Assembly: GCA_942492615.1 (NCBI GenBank)
Contig: CALOFL010000023.1
Location: 230,832 to 294,831, forward strand
Source: Candidatus Krumholzibacteriia bacterium
GTDB taxonomy: Bacteria > Krumholzibacteriota > Krumholzibacteriia > LZORAL124-64-63
Reading direction: 5' to 3'
DNA length: 64,000 nt
A program made the position numbers and the translations under genes. The notes beneath the pieces were generated by a model, which was not told where the DNA came from, made no database searches, and worked only from the letters and a program-made list of their open reading frames with translations. Positions 30,069-40,561 of this stretch are shown one piece after another; position 1 is the stretch's first letter; the number at the start of each line of letters is the position of its first letter.

Positions 30069-31328
30069 ATGCTCGAACGCCGGAAGGATTCGACGTTTCC
30101 CCCGCTCGTCGACCGCTTCGTCACCTATGCCAAGATCCACACCAGCAGCAGCGAGGAATCCGATACCTATCCGTCGACCGCGCGGCAGTTCGATCTGGCC
30201 CGCCTGCTGGTCGAGGAGCTCAAGGCCATCGGTATGGACGATGCCGCCGTGGACGAGCACTGCTACGTGACAGCCTCCCTGCCGGCCAGCCCCGGCTGCG
30301 AGAAGGTCCCCACGATCGCCTTCATCTCCCACATGGACACCTATCCCGAGGTCAGCGGCGAGAACGTGGTCCCGACCTTCCACGAGAACTACCGCGGCGG
30401 CGACATCGAGTTGCCCCGGGAAGGGCGCAAGATCATCGCCGCCGAGAATCCCTACCTGGCCGAATGCATCGGCGAGACGATCATCACCGCCGACGGCACG
30501 ACGTTGCTGGGCGCCGACGACAAGGCCGGGATCGCCGAAATCATGGACGCCCTGACCCGCATCCACGAGAACCCCGACTTCCGGCACGGCACGGTGAAGG
30601 TCGCCTTCACGCCCGACGAGGAGGTCGGCGCCGGCGTCAAGCACTTCGACGTGGAGAAGTTCGCCGCCACCGTGGCCTACACCATGGACGGCGGCCGCCG
30701 CGGCGAGGTCGAGAACGAGACCTTCTGCGCCGACAGCGCCATCGTCACCTTCGTGGGCCGGGACATCCACCCGGGCTACGCCAAGGACAAGATGGTCCCG
30801 TCGGTCAAGGTGGCCGCCGAATTCGTGGCCAGCCTGCCCCGCGACGGCGCTCCCGAAACGACCGAAGGCGGCGAGGGCTACATCCATCCGATCAACATCA
30901 AGGGCAACACCAGCGAGACCGAGGTGCATCTGCTGATCCGCGACTTCGACCTGGAGGGCCTGGCCCCCAAGGCCAAGATGATCCGCGAATTCGCCGCTCA
31001 GGCCTGCAAGCAGTGGCCCGGCAGCGAATTCAAGATGGAGATCAAGGAGTACTACCGGAACATGAAATACGATCTGGAGAAGGAAGGCCGGGCGATGGCC
31101 TACGCGCTGGAGGCGGTCAAGCGGACCGGCCTCAAGCCGATCCAGGGCTCCATCCGCGGCGGCACCGACGGGTCCACGCTGTCGGCCCGCGGCCTGCCGA
31201 CCCCCAACATCTTCACCGGGGAGCAGGACTTCCATGGTTACGGCGAATGGATCTGCGTGAAGGACATGATCCTGGCAACCGAAACCATCCTGCGGATCAT
31301 CGAAGTCTGGACCGAGAAGGAGAGCTAG
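30069..31328 (+). CDS. pepT: Peptidase T (tripeptide aminopeptidase, M20B family)
   Basis: M20 metal ligands in HMDTY, LLGADDKAGIAEIM and TPDEEVGAG. Divergent from the OPT peptide transporter, which fits a peptide uptake and degradation role. Confidence 0.85.
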   Translation: MLERRKDSTFPPLVDRFVTYAKIHTSSSEESDTYPSTARQFDLARLLVEELKAIGMDDAAVDEHCYVTASLPASPGCEKVPTIAFISHMDTYPEVSGENVVPTFHENYRGGDIELPREGRKIIAAENPYLAECIGETIITADGTTLLGADDKAGIAEIMDALTRIHENPDFRHGTVKVAFTPDEEVGAGVKHFDVEKFAATVAYTMDGGRRGEVENETFCADSAIVTFVGRDIHPGYAKDKMVPSVKVAAEFVASLPRDGAPETTEGGEGYIHPINIKGNTSETEVHLLIRDFDLEGLAPKAKMIREFAAQACKQWPGSEFKMEIKEYYRNMKYDLEKEGRAMAYALEAVKRTGLKPIQGSIRGGTDGSTLSARGLPTPNIFTGEQDFHGYGEWICVKDMILATETILRIIEVWTEKES

Positions 31329-31330
31329 GA

Positions 31331-31432
31331 GACGCTCCCGTTCCTGCCAAGAACGAAGCCCTGGAATCAATCCGCAGCGCCAGCGGCGCGAGGACGTTCC
31401 AGGGCTTCGTTCTTGGCAGGAACGGAAGCGTC
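31331..31432. repeat. Long inverted repeat: two 36-bp arms with one mismatch and a 30-nt loop, immediately after the pepT stop codon
   Basis: Left arm gacgctcccgttcctgccaagaacgaagccctggaa (31331-31366). Right arm ttccagggcttcgttcttggcaggaacggaagcgtc (31397-31432). No U-tract follows. Confidence 0.8.
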
Positions 31433-31567
31433 TTCCTGATCACAGGCAAAGATGAATAATGGAAAAGCCTGGCGGGTATGATCTCATAGTGATATCATTA
31501 CGACATCTCAAGCCGCCGGCATTACCCCGCTCGCGGAATCCCGGGTGTCAAAGCGCAGGAGGTCGCC

Positions 31568-32434
31568 ATGCACAGCGAAAGAAAAGCCCAAACCGCCCCC
31601 GGATGGGGAGCCCTGTTTCTCAGTCTCGCCCTGCTCGGGATCGGGATCTGGACCCTGATCGTCGCCATCAACCGGGAAGACCCGCCCACGCTGATCGTCG
31701 CACTCGGTATGATCTTGCTGGGTATCATCATCATGTCCGGACTGTTCATCATCAATCCCAACGAGGCCGCCGCCCTGCTTCTGTTCGGCGCCTACAAGGG
31801 CACGACGCGGGAAAACGGCCTGCGCTTCGCCAATCCCTTCCTGCGCAAGATCAAGATTTCGCTGCGGGCCAGAAACCTCAACGGCGACCGGCTGAAGGTG
31901 AACGACCTGACCGGCAATCCGATCGACATCGCCGCGGTGGTGGTCTGGAAAGTGGTCGATACTGCCGAAGCCCTGTTCGAGGTCGATGACTACGAATCCT
32001 ACGTGACGATCCAGAGCGAATCGGCGGTCCGCCACCTGGCCGGGGCCTACCCCTACGACGGCAACGACACCGAGTTGACCCTGCGCGGGACCACCGACGA
32101 GGTGAGCGAACATCTGCAGAAGGAGCTGCAGGAGCGCCTGAACAAGGCCGGGGTCAGGGTGATCGAAGCCCGGCTGAGCCACCTGGCCTACGCGCCGGAA
32201 ATCGCCCACGCGATGCTGCAGCGGCAGCAGGCCTCGGCGGTGGTCGCGGCCCGGACCAAGATCGTCGAAGGCGCCGTCGGCATGGTCGAGATGGCCCTCA
32301 AGGAGCTGGGCGACAAGGACCTGGCCAACTTCGACGATGACCGCAAGGCCACCATGATCAGCAACCTGCTGGTGGTCCTGTGCAGCGAACACGCAGCCCA
32401 GCCGGTGGTCAACACCGGCACCATCCACCAGTAG
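31568..32434 (+). CDS. SPFH/band-7 (stomatin/prohibitin-like) membrane protein
   Basis: N-terminal TM helices. SPFH core ([18 protein letters not shown]...[18 protein letters not shown]). AGGAGG Shine-Dalgarno. Confidence 0.8.
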   Translation: MHSERKAQTAPGWGALFLSLALLGIGIWTLIVAINREDPPTLIVALGMILLGIIIMSGLFIINPNEAAALLLFGAYKGTTRENGLRFANPFLRKIKISLRARNLNGDRLKVNDLTGNPIDIAAVVVWKVVDTAEALFEVDDYESYVTIQSESAVRHLAGAYPYDGNDTELTLRGTTDEVSEHLQKELQERLNKAGVRVIEARLSHLAYAPEIAHAMLQRQQASAVVAARTKIVEGAVGMVEMALKELGDKDLANFDDDRKATMISNLLVVLCSEHAAQPVVNTGTIHQ

Positions 32435-32435
32435 C

Positions 32436-32630
32436 ATGAGCGTACGGAAGGCATTCCCCCTGCGCATCAGCCCGGATCTCTACCGGGAGCTGCAGAAGTG
32501 GGCGGCGGCCGATCTACGGAGCATGAACGGCCAGATCGAGTTCCTGCTGCTGCAGGCGATCCGGCGACGAAAAAGGAGCCGGGGCGACGATCCCGGCTCC
32601 GGTTCATCCGCACCGCCGGACAAATCCTGA
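32436..32630 (+). CDS. Small Arc-type ribbon-helix-helix DNA-binding protein candidate (64 aa)
   Basis: [32 protein letters not shown] resembles the Arc/MetJ-type RHH pattern (F.LRlP.eL...L...A....RSmN.eI). It starts 2 nt after the SPFH stop. It could instead be an unannotated short ORF. Confidence 0.45.
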   Translation: MSVRKAFPLRISPDLYRELQKWAAADLRSMNGQIEFLLLQAIRRRKRSRGDDPGSGSSAPPDKS

Positions 32631-32634
32631 CGGC

Positions 32635-33456
32635 CTACTCGGTGGCGGTATCCCTGGCGGCCACGATGCTGTTGAACATCAGCTCGACCGGATTGACGGC
32701 CGGGTCGTAGGTCACCGCGAGCCGCGACCGGAACGGCTCCAGCGATCCGGCCACGGTTGCCGGCAGACCTGCCGGCCAGGGGTAGCTGTCCGGATTCTCC
32801 AGGAGCCGATGGTATTCCCTCACCAGAATGTCTGTCGCAGCGGACGCGGCGGTGGCCGGCGATCCGGTGCCGCGTTCGCGAACGCGGCCCAGCAGGGGGA
32901 CCATGAGGCTGTTGATCGCCCGGCCGGCTTCCGCGGCGGAGATCCTTTCGGGAATCTCGGCATCCCGGGGCTCGTTTCCCAGCCAGGAATAAAAGACCAG
33001 GCAATAGAGGTAGATGTATTCCTCCGGCCCCAGCCCCCGCTTTTGCAGTGCCTTGTTGCGGGCTTCCCAGAAGTCCGCATAGACCGGCGCCAGCTCACTG
33101 CCGGAACTCAGGACCCTGAGGAAGCGGCGGAAGGAACCGTTGCCGCCAGCGGCCTGCTCGGCGGCAAAGTTTCCGCTGGCCCGCGCGAGATTGGCGCGCC
33201 ACTCGGTCAGATCCTCGCGGACGGCGGTAAAAAGCTCCAGCCGCTCCGGCGCCGGAACGATCTCTCGCGGCGGGATGAAGGCACCCAGGCTGTCGGTGGC
33301 CGTGATCATGGCCTGTTCGGAGCGGTCGACGGCCTTGTAGTCCTTGTTCAGCTGAACGGCGTACCAGGTGCCGCCGCCGACGACGGCCAGCAGACAGACC
33401 AGCAGCACCGCGCAACCGACACCCAGGCCTTGCTTGACGGACCACTTCACGCGCAT
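32635..33456 (-). CDS. Hypothetical membrane-anchored protein (one N-terminal TM helix) downstream of the sigma-54 activator gene
   Basis: Start MRVKWSVKQGLGVGCAVLLVCLLAVVGGG; no recognisable motifs. The codon usage fits the genome. The ORF-track extension was trimmed. Confidence 0.5.
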   Translation of the reverse strand: MRVKWSVKQGLGVGCAVLLVCLLAVVGGGTWYAVQLNKDYKAVDRSEQAMITATDSLGAFIPPREIVPAPERLELFTAVREDLTEWRANLARASGNFAAEQAAGGNGSFRRFLRVLSSGSELAPVYADFWEARNKALQKRGLGPEEYIYLYCLVFYSWLGNEPRDAEIPERISAAEAGRAINSLMVPLLGRVRERGTGSPATAASAATDILVREYHRLLENPDSYPWPAGLPATVAGSLEPFRSRLAVTYDPAVNPVELMFNSIVAARDTATE

Positions 33457-33549
33457 CGGGGATCTCCTTGTGCGGGTCGCCGGCCCGCGTCGTTTCACTC
33501 GTCGGGTGCCAGCCGGTATTCCCGGATCTTGCGCCACAGCGTGGTCCTG

Positions 33550-34881
<1,332 letters not shown>

Positions 34882-34906
34882 GATATCTCCACTCTCGACC
34901 ATGGAT

Positions 34907-34950
34907 GTTGCAAGCAACGGTTTTGTTGCAACATTATCGTTGCAAACAAC
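34907..34950. promoter_or_regulatory. Array of three GTTGCAA-containing sites (GTTGCAAGCAAC, palindrome TGTTGCAACA, GTTGCAAACAAC). Candidate enhancer (UAS) or autoregulatory operator for the adjacent sigma-54 activator.
   Basis: Three sites spaced 18 and 14 bp apart. They lie ~100-145 bp upstream of the -24/-12 promoter at 35050-35063 and directly upstream of the activator gene start. Confidence 0.4.
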
Positions 34951-35049
34951 ACCAGCCGCCAGCGAAAGTTCCTGACGGTCGCGTCTCCTTCGTCCTTAAT
35001 CCATTGCAATAAAATACTTAATAGAATAATTTTTGTCGATCTCTCGTCC

Positions 35050-35063
35050 GGCACACGGCCTGC
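35050..35063 (+). promoter_or_regulatory. Sigma-54 (-24/-12) promoter candidate upstream of the thioredoxin gene
   Basis: cGGCACacggccTGCAat: GG and GC are separated by exactly 10 nt, matching the TGGCAC-N5-TTGCA consensus. The ATG is ~78 nt downstream. Confidence 0.55.
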
Positions 35064-35140
35064 AATAGGTTTCCCCGAGCAAGCAAAGAACACCAGCGAC
35101 GTTGCAGTCGATTTGACCAGTGAAAAGAAGGGAATTCAAC

Positions 35141-35464
35141 ATGGCAAACGTTCTGGAATTCAACGGATCCAACTTCGACAACGAAGTGATCAAGAGCGAC
35201 AGCCCCGTGCTCGTCGATTTCTGGGCCCCCTGGTGCGGACCGTGCAAGATGATCGGCCCGATCATCGAGGAGCTGGCGGGCGAGTTCGACGGCAAGGTCA
35301 AGATCGGCAAGGTCAACGTGGACAACAACCAGGACCTGGCCGCCAAGTTCGGTATCAAGGGCATTCCCACGGTGATGCTGTTCAAGAACGGCGAGACCGT
35401 CGACAGCTTCGTCGGCCTGCGACCGAAGGAAGACCTGGCTGCGGCCCTGAACAAAGCTCTCTAG
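35141..35464 (+). CDS. trxA: Thioredoxin
   Basis: WCGPC active site and full thioredoxin-fold consensus (VLVDFWAPWCGPCKMIGPIIEELA). GAAGGGA Shine-Dalgarno. Confidence 0.9.
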   Translation: MANVLEFNGSNFDNEVIKSDSPVLVDFWAPWCGPCKMIGPIIEELAGEFDGKVKIGKVNVDNNQDLAAKFGIKGIPTVMLFKNGETVDSFVGLRPKEDLAAALNKAL

Positions 35465-35497
35465 ACCGGACCCGAAGCGGGAACCGATCCCTCGCCC

Positions 35498-35537
35498 GGC
35501 CGCCGACCTTGCCCCCTTGGTCGGCGGCCATTCTGTT
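35498..35537 (+). terminator. Putative terminator hairpin after trxA
   Basis: ggccgccgacc (35498-35508) pairs with ggtcggcggcc (35519-35529) around a 10-nt loop, followed by attctgttgt. Confidence 0.45.
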
Positions 35538-35635
35538 GTGGCGAAGGCCTGTCCGGCACATTCCTTGCCCATCGGTGCCCGAGGGATCACATTTACGGGG
35601 CGGACAAGCGCAATCTCCACCAGGCAGGGAAGAAC

Positions 35636-36547
35636 ATGGCCGGGATCATCAACAGCGTCAAAAACATCTTCGGCAATCAGGGCAAGCTGAACAACCTGTT
35701 CTTCATCGTCTTCGACAGCTGCCGCCACGACGCCTACGTCGCGGCCAAGACGCCGAACCTGGACCGCATCGGCAAGGCCGAAAAACGCTACAGCTACGCC
35801 AGCTGGACCAGCCCCAGCCACTACACCTTCCTGATGGGCATGGTGCCCCACCTGAGCCCCAAGGGCGTGTTCGCCTCCAACGTCTATCGGGACGAGTTCG
35901 CCCTGTGGTCGAAGCGGCTGAACATCAAGGACGTCGAATTCGGCAAGTTCGTTCCCCAGCTTTCGCTGCCGCACTTTCTCAAGTCCCAGGGGTACCGCAC
36001 CGAGGGTGTGGTCAGCCTACCGGTCCTGAATCCGATGACCAGCATGTCCGCCCATTTCGATCGTTACGAACTGGCGCCCAGCCACAACGACCTGAGCACG
36101 ATCCTCGACGGCGACGGCAACTTCCCGGGCATCGAGCCCGGAACCGATGGGCCGGGATTCTATTTCATCAACACCGGCGAGACCCATTACCCCTATCTGC
36201 TGCCGGGTGAAACGGCCGAGGATCTGCCCCACATCAGCGGTGTCCACGGGGTCTTCAAACATCTCGACGATTTCCTGAAGAACCCGTCGGAGTTCCTCAA
36301 GGACCGCCGGCAGGACGACTTCTTCACCCCTGATCAGTTCCGGCAGTTCTACGAGAAGCAGATCGCCTGCGTGGAGCATCTCGACGGCGTGGTCGGCAAG
36401 CTGATGGACCGCTGTCCGGAAAATTCCTACTTCATGATCATGTCCGACCACGGCGAGCTGTTCGGCGAGGACGGCTACTTCGGCCACGGCCCGATCTTCC
36501 ACGAGAAGGTGTTCGAGGTGTTCTACCTGGAAGGCCGTCTGCCCTAG
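35636..36547 (+). CDS. Alkaline-phosphatase superfamily protein with a sulfatase-like N-terminal fold but Thr in place of the formylglycine Cys. Probably a cytoplasmic phospho-transferase or hydrolase.
   Basis: LFFIVFDSCRHDAY...TPNLDRIGK...YASWTSPSHYTFLMG shows the sulfatase-family pattern, with TSPSH replacing CxPSR. C-terminal IMSDHGELFGEDGYFGHG. No signal peptide or TM helix. Confidence 0.55.
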   Translation: MAGIINSVKNIFGNQGKLNNLFFIVFDSCRHDAYVAAKTPNLDRIGKAEKRYSYASWTSPSHYTFLMGMVPHLSPKGVFASNVYRDEFALWSKRLNIKDVEFGKFVPQLSLPHFLKSQGYRTEGVVSLPVLNPMTSMSAHFDRYELAPSHNDLSTILDGDGNFPGIEPGTDGPGFYFINTGETHYPYLLPGETAEDLPHISGVHGVFKHLDDFLKNPSEFLKDRRQDDFFTPDQFRQFYEKQIACVEHLDGVVGKLMDRCPENSYFMIMSDHGELFGEDGYFGHGPIFHEKVFEVFYLEGRLP

Positions 36548-37446
36548 GACGCGTGACGGGCCACGATGGCCGGCGTGACCTGATCGAGTCCGGTCAACCC
36601 CTCGAGGAATGACCGGGCGCCGCGCCCCCAGGCCATCAGCGGCACCGGATTCAGGGTGTGCCGCTTGGTCGTCAGATCCTCCAGGTTGCCGTGGTCGCTG
36701 GTCAGCAGCACCAGGGTGTCCAGTTCCAGTTCGGCCGACAGATCCGCCAGCAACGTCTCCATGAATCCGTCCAGCTTGTCCAGTTCCCGGCAGCAGCGGG
36801 CCAGGTCCTGGCTGTGCCCGGCCTTGTCGGTCTGGAAATACTCGTAGAGGATGAAATCGTAACGGCGCGCCGCGGCCGCGGCGATCGCCCCGGCGCCCGC
36901 CGGGGTCAGGTGGGGCAGATCGAAGCCTCGTTCCTGCAGTTCGGTGTTGGTGAACTCCTGATAGATCGCGCGGCCGGCCCGGATGTCCTCCAGGTCGAAA
37001 AACGGCAGGTCGGCCGCCAGGTTCGCCACCGTCGTCGCCGAGAGCGTGAGCTGACGCTCACGGCTCAGCTCCCAGAAGCGCGGGCGAAAGGCGTTCAGGA
37101 AACGCGCCGACAGCCCCAGATCCGTCAGCGACTTGAGTACCGAATGTGCGAGAAGCACCTCCCTGAGTTTCTCGTTGGGAAAACCCGTCAGATGCTTGCC
37201 GAGTACTCGCTGGGCGTTGACCCCCGACAGCAGGGTGGTCTGACCGGTCGCGCTCTGCGGCACGCCGTCCACACCCAGGACCGCGTCGAGGGGCGCCGCC
37301 CATCCCCCGGACGACACCGGGACAACCCCGCCGGTACCGCGGGGCGGCAGCCGGAAGAGATCCCCCCCGTAGGCATGCTGCGGATTGAAGTCCGGATCGG
37401 ATTCGCCCCAGCCCAGCCCGTCGATGAATATCAAGACCGTACGCAT
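36544..37446 (-). CDS. Metalloenzyme-domain protein (cofactor-independent phosphoglycerate mutase / phosphopentomutase-like, alkaline-phosphatase superfamily)
   Basis: N-terminus MRTVLIFIDGLGWGE and C-terminal LLTSDHGNLED metal-binding motif. Convergent with the previous gene, overlapping it by 4 nt. Confidence 0.55.
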   Translation of the reverse strand: MRTVLIFIDGLGWGESDPDFNPQHAYGGDLFRLPPRGTGGVVPVSSGGWAAPLDAVLGVDGVPQSATGQTTLLSGVNAQRVLGKHLTGFPNEKLREVLLAHSVLKSLTDLGLSARFLNAFRPRFWELSRERQLTLSATTVANLAADLPFFDLEDIRAGRAIYQEFTNTELQERGFDLPHLTPAGAGAIAAAAARRYDFILYEYFQTDKAGHSQDLARCCRELDKLDGFMETLLADLSAELELDTLVLLTSDHGNLEDLTTKRHTLNPVPLMAWGRGARSFLEGLTGLDQVTPAIVARHAS

Positions 37447-37576
37447 GCCTTTCCTGACTGGCTCGGTGGAGCCCGGTATGTCCGGAACGCCCATGAGGAT
37501 GCGATCCGGCCGGTTTCAACTATCATGTGCCGATATTTTCCGCTGCAGCTGTTCCCGATCGCGTCCCCGGGGGGCC

Positions 37577-40030
37577 ATGTCACTCGTCGGCACCAAAGTA
37601 CGGAATTTCGACATTGTCGCCATGCTGGGCCAGGGCGGCATGGGAGAAGTCTACGTCGCCTTCGACGAGAATCTGCAGCGCAAGGTCGCGCTCAAGGCCA
37701 TCCGCCCCGGTCGCGGACTGACACTCCTGGCCCGGGCCCGTTTCCTGCGGGAAGCCCGCATCCTGTCCAGTCTCGACCATCCCGGCATCTGCCGCATCTA
37801 CGACTATCTGGAAATCGAAGGCCGCGATTACCTGGCCCTCGAACTCATCGAGGGCCGGACGCTGCTCCATGCGGCCGACGACCTGGACTACAACGCCAAG
37901 CTCGACCTCGCCGAACAGCTGACCCGCGTCCTGGCGGCCGCGCATGCCGAGAACATCGTCCACCGCGACCTGAAACCCGACAACGTCATGCTCTCGGGCG
38001 ACGGCCAGCTCAAGGTCCTCGATTTCGGCCTGGCCCGCAGCATGGATGAAGGCGACGCCGCAGAAGAGGTTTCCGCCCCCGCGCCGACAGCGGCGCCCGA
38101 CGCTCTCGACCAGACCATCACCCTGGCCGCACCCACGCCGGCAGGCGGCATCGACAGCCCGACGATGCCGGGCAGCGTCCTGGGCACGCCGCTGTTCATG
38201 AGCCCCGAGCAGGCGGCCAGCGAACCGGTTTCCACCGCCAGCGACATGTACTCGCTGGGGCTGGTCCTGCAGTGGCTGTTCACCGGTCAGATCGCCTACG
38301 AGGAGAACGAGGATCTCGAAATCCTGCTGGTCCAGGTCGGTGAAGCCCGCACTCTGCCCGTAACGGGAATCGACCACGACCTGGCGCGCCTGATCGAGCG
38401 GCTCAAGTCACGATCGCCCTCCCGCCGCCCGACGGCCGTGGAAACACAGGAACGCCTGGCCTGGATCCGGAACAAGCCGACCCGGCGCAACCGGCGCCTG
38501 CTGGCGGCAGCGGTCATGCTGGTCATGGCCGCGGCGGTCTTCAAGTACACCGTCGATCTGCGACAGGAACGCGCCGTGGCCGAAGGCCACCGGGCCCAGG
38601 CCGAGAACCTGATCGATTTCATGCTGGGGGATCTGCGTGATAAGCTGACCCCGGTCGGACGCCTCGACGTGCTCGACGACGTGGGCGACAAGGCCCTGGA
38701 GTACTACGCCTCCCGCCGCCAGACGGAACTGACGGACGAGGAGTTCTTCCAGCTCTCGAAGGCGATGATGCAGATCGGCGAGGTTCGCCTCGCCCAGGGG
38801 AACATGTCCGCTGCGCGGGAGGCCTTCGGCGAAGCGATGGCGGCCAACACCGATCTGCTGGTCCGCAATCCGCGGCAGACGGAGTGGCTGGCCCAGCTGG
38901 GGGCGATCCACTTCTGGATCGGCAACGTGGAATACAGCTCCGGCGAGAACACCCAGGCCGCCGGACATTTCGCCCGTTACCTGGACATCGCCAACGAGCT
39001 GGTCGCCCTCGAGCCGGACAACCCCGACTGGCAGCTGGAGGTCGGTTACGCCCTGACCAATCTGGCCGCCATGAGCGAGGAGACAGGTGACTATCCCCGG
39101 GCGCTGGCCTATCTCGACCGCTCCATCGCGATCAAACGTGAGCTGCACCAGCAGCAACCCGACGACGTGGAGATGCTGCGCAGCCTCGCCAACTCCCTGT
39201 CGTGGTCCGGCCGCGCCCGCTACGAGAGCGGCGACTACCGCAACGCCCTGAGCGCCCTCCAGGAATCGGCGGTCTGGCATCGGCGCGTGCAGGAATCCGA
39301 TCCCAAGGACACCCTCAATCTCCAGGGCCTGGCGGCGAACCATTTCCTGATCGCCACCCTGCTGGAAATTCTCGACCGCCGCGACGAGGCCCTGGAACAC
39401 ATCCACCAGGACATGCGGCTGATCCGGGAGCTGGTCGTCCACGACCCCGACAACGCCGACTGGAAATCCGAACACGCCGCGTCATCCCTTTTCTTCGGCA
39501 TGTTCTGGCTGCGGCAGGGCGACACCGTCCGCGGCCACAGCCAGCTCGCCGAAGCGGAGGCCATCATCGGCGGACTGCTGACCGTCAATCCGGATCAGGA
39601 ATACTGGCGGAGCATCCACGACGCTCTCCGCGCCGCGCAGGCCCACCTGGCCGGGCTCGAAGGTGATGAAACGCGGGCTCTGGAAATTCTGGATGCCGCG
39701 GTGCCGCCGGCCCTGGGACGATTCGCCGCCAGCGCCGAACCCGAAGCCGCCCGAATTGTCGGGGACATGCTGCTGCAGCGCGGACGGCTGCACCGTAACG
39801 CCGGACGTCGTGAGCTGGCGGACGCCGATTTCAAGAAGGCCGCCGGACTGCTGGAGCCGTTGGTCAGTCAGGGAAGCGGCGCCCAGCTGCTGGTGGTCCT
39901 GGCCCAGGTCCAGGCCGAGCTGGGACACCAGGAACAAGCGGCCCGGACCACGGCCCGCCTCCAGGAGATGGGATTCGCCCGCCGGGACTTCCAGCTGTTC
40001 CTGGACGACTTCGCGCCACCCGGCGGCTGA
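37577..40030 (+). CDS. Hanks-type Ser/Thr protein kinase with a TM helix and an extended extracytoplasmic TPR-repeat domain
   Basis: GQGGMGEVYVAFD, VALKAI, HRDLKPDNVML and DFGLAR motifs. TM segment (LLAAAVMLVMAAAVF). About 450 aa of TPR-like repeats. The 64-aa ORF-track extension was trimmed. Confidence 0.8.
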   Translation: MSLVGTKVRNFDIVAMLGQGGMGEVYVAFDENLQRKVALKAIRPGRGLTLLARARFLREARILSSLDHPGICRIYDYLEIEGRDYLALELIEGRTLLHAADDLDYNAKLDLAEQLTRVLAAAHAENIVHRDLKPDNVMLSGDGQLKVLDFGLARSMDEGDAAEEVSAPAPTAAPDALDQTITLAAPTPAGGIDSPTMPGSVLGTPLFMSPEQAASEPVSTASDMYSLGLVLQWLFTGQIAYEENEDLEILLVQVGEARTLPVTGIDHDLARLIERLKSRSPSRRPTAVETQERLAWIRNKPTRRNRRLLAAAVMLVMAAAVFKYTVDLRQERAVAEGHRAQAENLIDFMLGDLRDKLTPVGRLDVLDDVGDKALEYYASRRQTELTDEEFFQLSKAMMQIGEVRLAQGNMSAAREAFGEAMAANTDLLVRNPRQTEWLAQLGAIHFWIGNVEYSSGENTQAAGHFARYLDIANELVALEPDNPDWQLEVGYALTNLAAMSEETGDYPRALAYLDRSIAIKRELHQQQPDDVEMLRSLANSLSWSGRARYESGDYRNALSALQESAVWHRRVQESDPKDTLNLQGLAANHFLIATLLEILDRRDEALEHIHQDMRLIRELVVHDPDNADWKSEHAASSLFFGMFWLRQGDTVRGHSQLAEAEAIIGGLLTVNPDQEYWRSIHDALRAAQAHLAGLEGDETRALEILDAAVPPALGRFAASAEPEAARIVGDMLLQRGRLHRNAGRRELADADFKKAAGLLEPLVSQGSGAQLLVVLAQVQAELGHQEQAARTTARLQEMGFARRDFQLFLDDFAPPGG

Positions 40031-40109
40031 CATTGCCGCCGCCCTACCGGACCCGGCGGCGGAAATTCAATGTGAGGGTCCGAAAACGCTGATATCCGAG
40101 GAGAAAACC

Positions 40110-40520
40110 ATGGCCGATAAGACCATCAAGATCAACAAGGTGGGCACCACCTACAATTTCACCGACAGCAACGGCAACCTGGTCACGGACGAGACCATCG
40201 AGGACAACAAGAAGCTGAACGTCGACATCGGCACCGGCTTCACCAGCGGCAGCGCCCAGATCGACAGCCTGACGCTGTACAACGTCGATGCCAACGGGGT
40301 CAAGGTGCAGACGCCCGCCCTGGGTTCCTGGACGCGCACCAGCGCCAACACGCAGCCGAACCCCGCGATCAAGATCTCGACGAAGAACAACGGGATCACG
40401 ATCAAGGACACCAACCACGGCACGGCCGAGGTCGATTTCTTCTTCAGCGTCGCCGGCACCGACGGGACCGCTCCGTTCGCGTCGGATCCCGAACTCCGGG
40501 TGAAGAAGCTGTCCGGCTGA
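40110..40520 (+). CDS. Hypothetical beta-rich 136-aa protein, Thr/Asn/Gly-rich, with no signal peptide
   Basis: Strong GAGGAG Shine-Dalgarno 6 nt before the ATG. The codon usage fits the genome. No recognisable motif (MADKTIKINKVGTTYNFTDSNGNLVTDETIEDNKKLNVDIGTGF...). Confidence 0.55.
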   Translation: MADKTIKINKVGTTYNFTDSNGNLVTDETIEDNKKLNVDIGTGFTSGSAQIDSLTLYNVDANGVKVQTPALGSWTRTSANTQPNPAIKISTKNNGITIKDTNHGTAEVDFFFSVAGTDGTAPFASDPELRVKKLSG

Positions 40521-40561
40521 CCGGGTCCGTTTTCGGGCCCGGCGCATCGCCGGGCCCGGGA

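Noticed and set aside
30000-31370. 456-aa minus-strand ORF overlapping pepT
   Set aside because: Antisense artefact. pepT on the plus strand has M20 metal-binding motifs.
35120-35140. Upstream GTG start (MKRREFN...) for trxA from the ORF track
   Set aside because: The ATG at 35141 is preceded by a GAAGGGA Shine-Dalgarno at ideal spacing and gives a canonical thioredoxin N-terminus. The GTG at 35120 would lie inside that Shine-Dalgarno.
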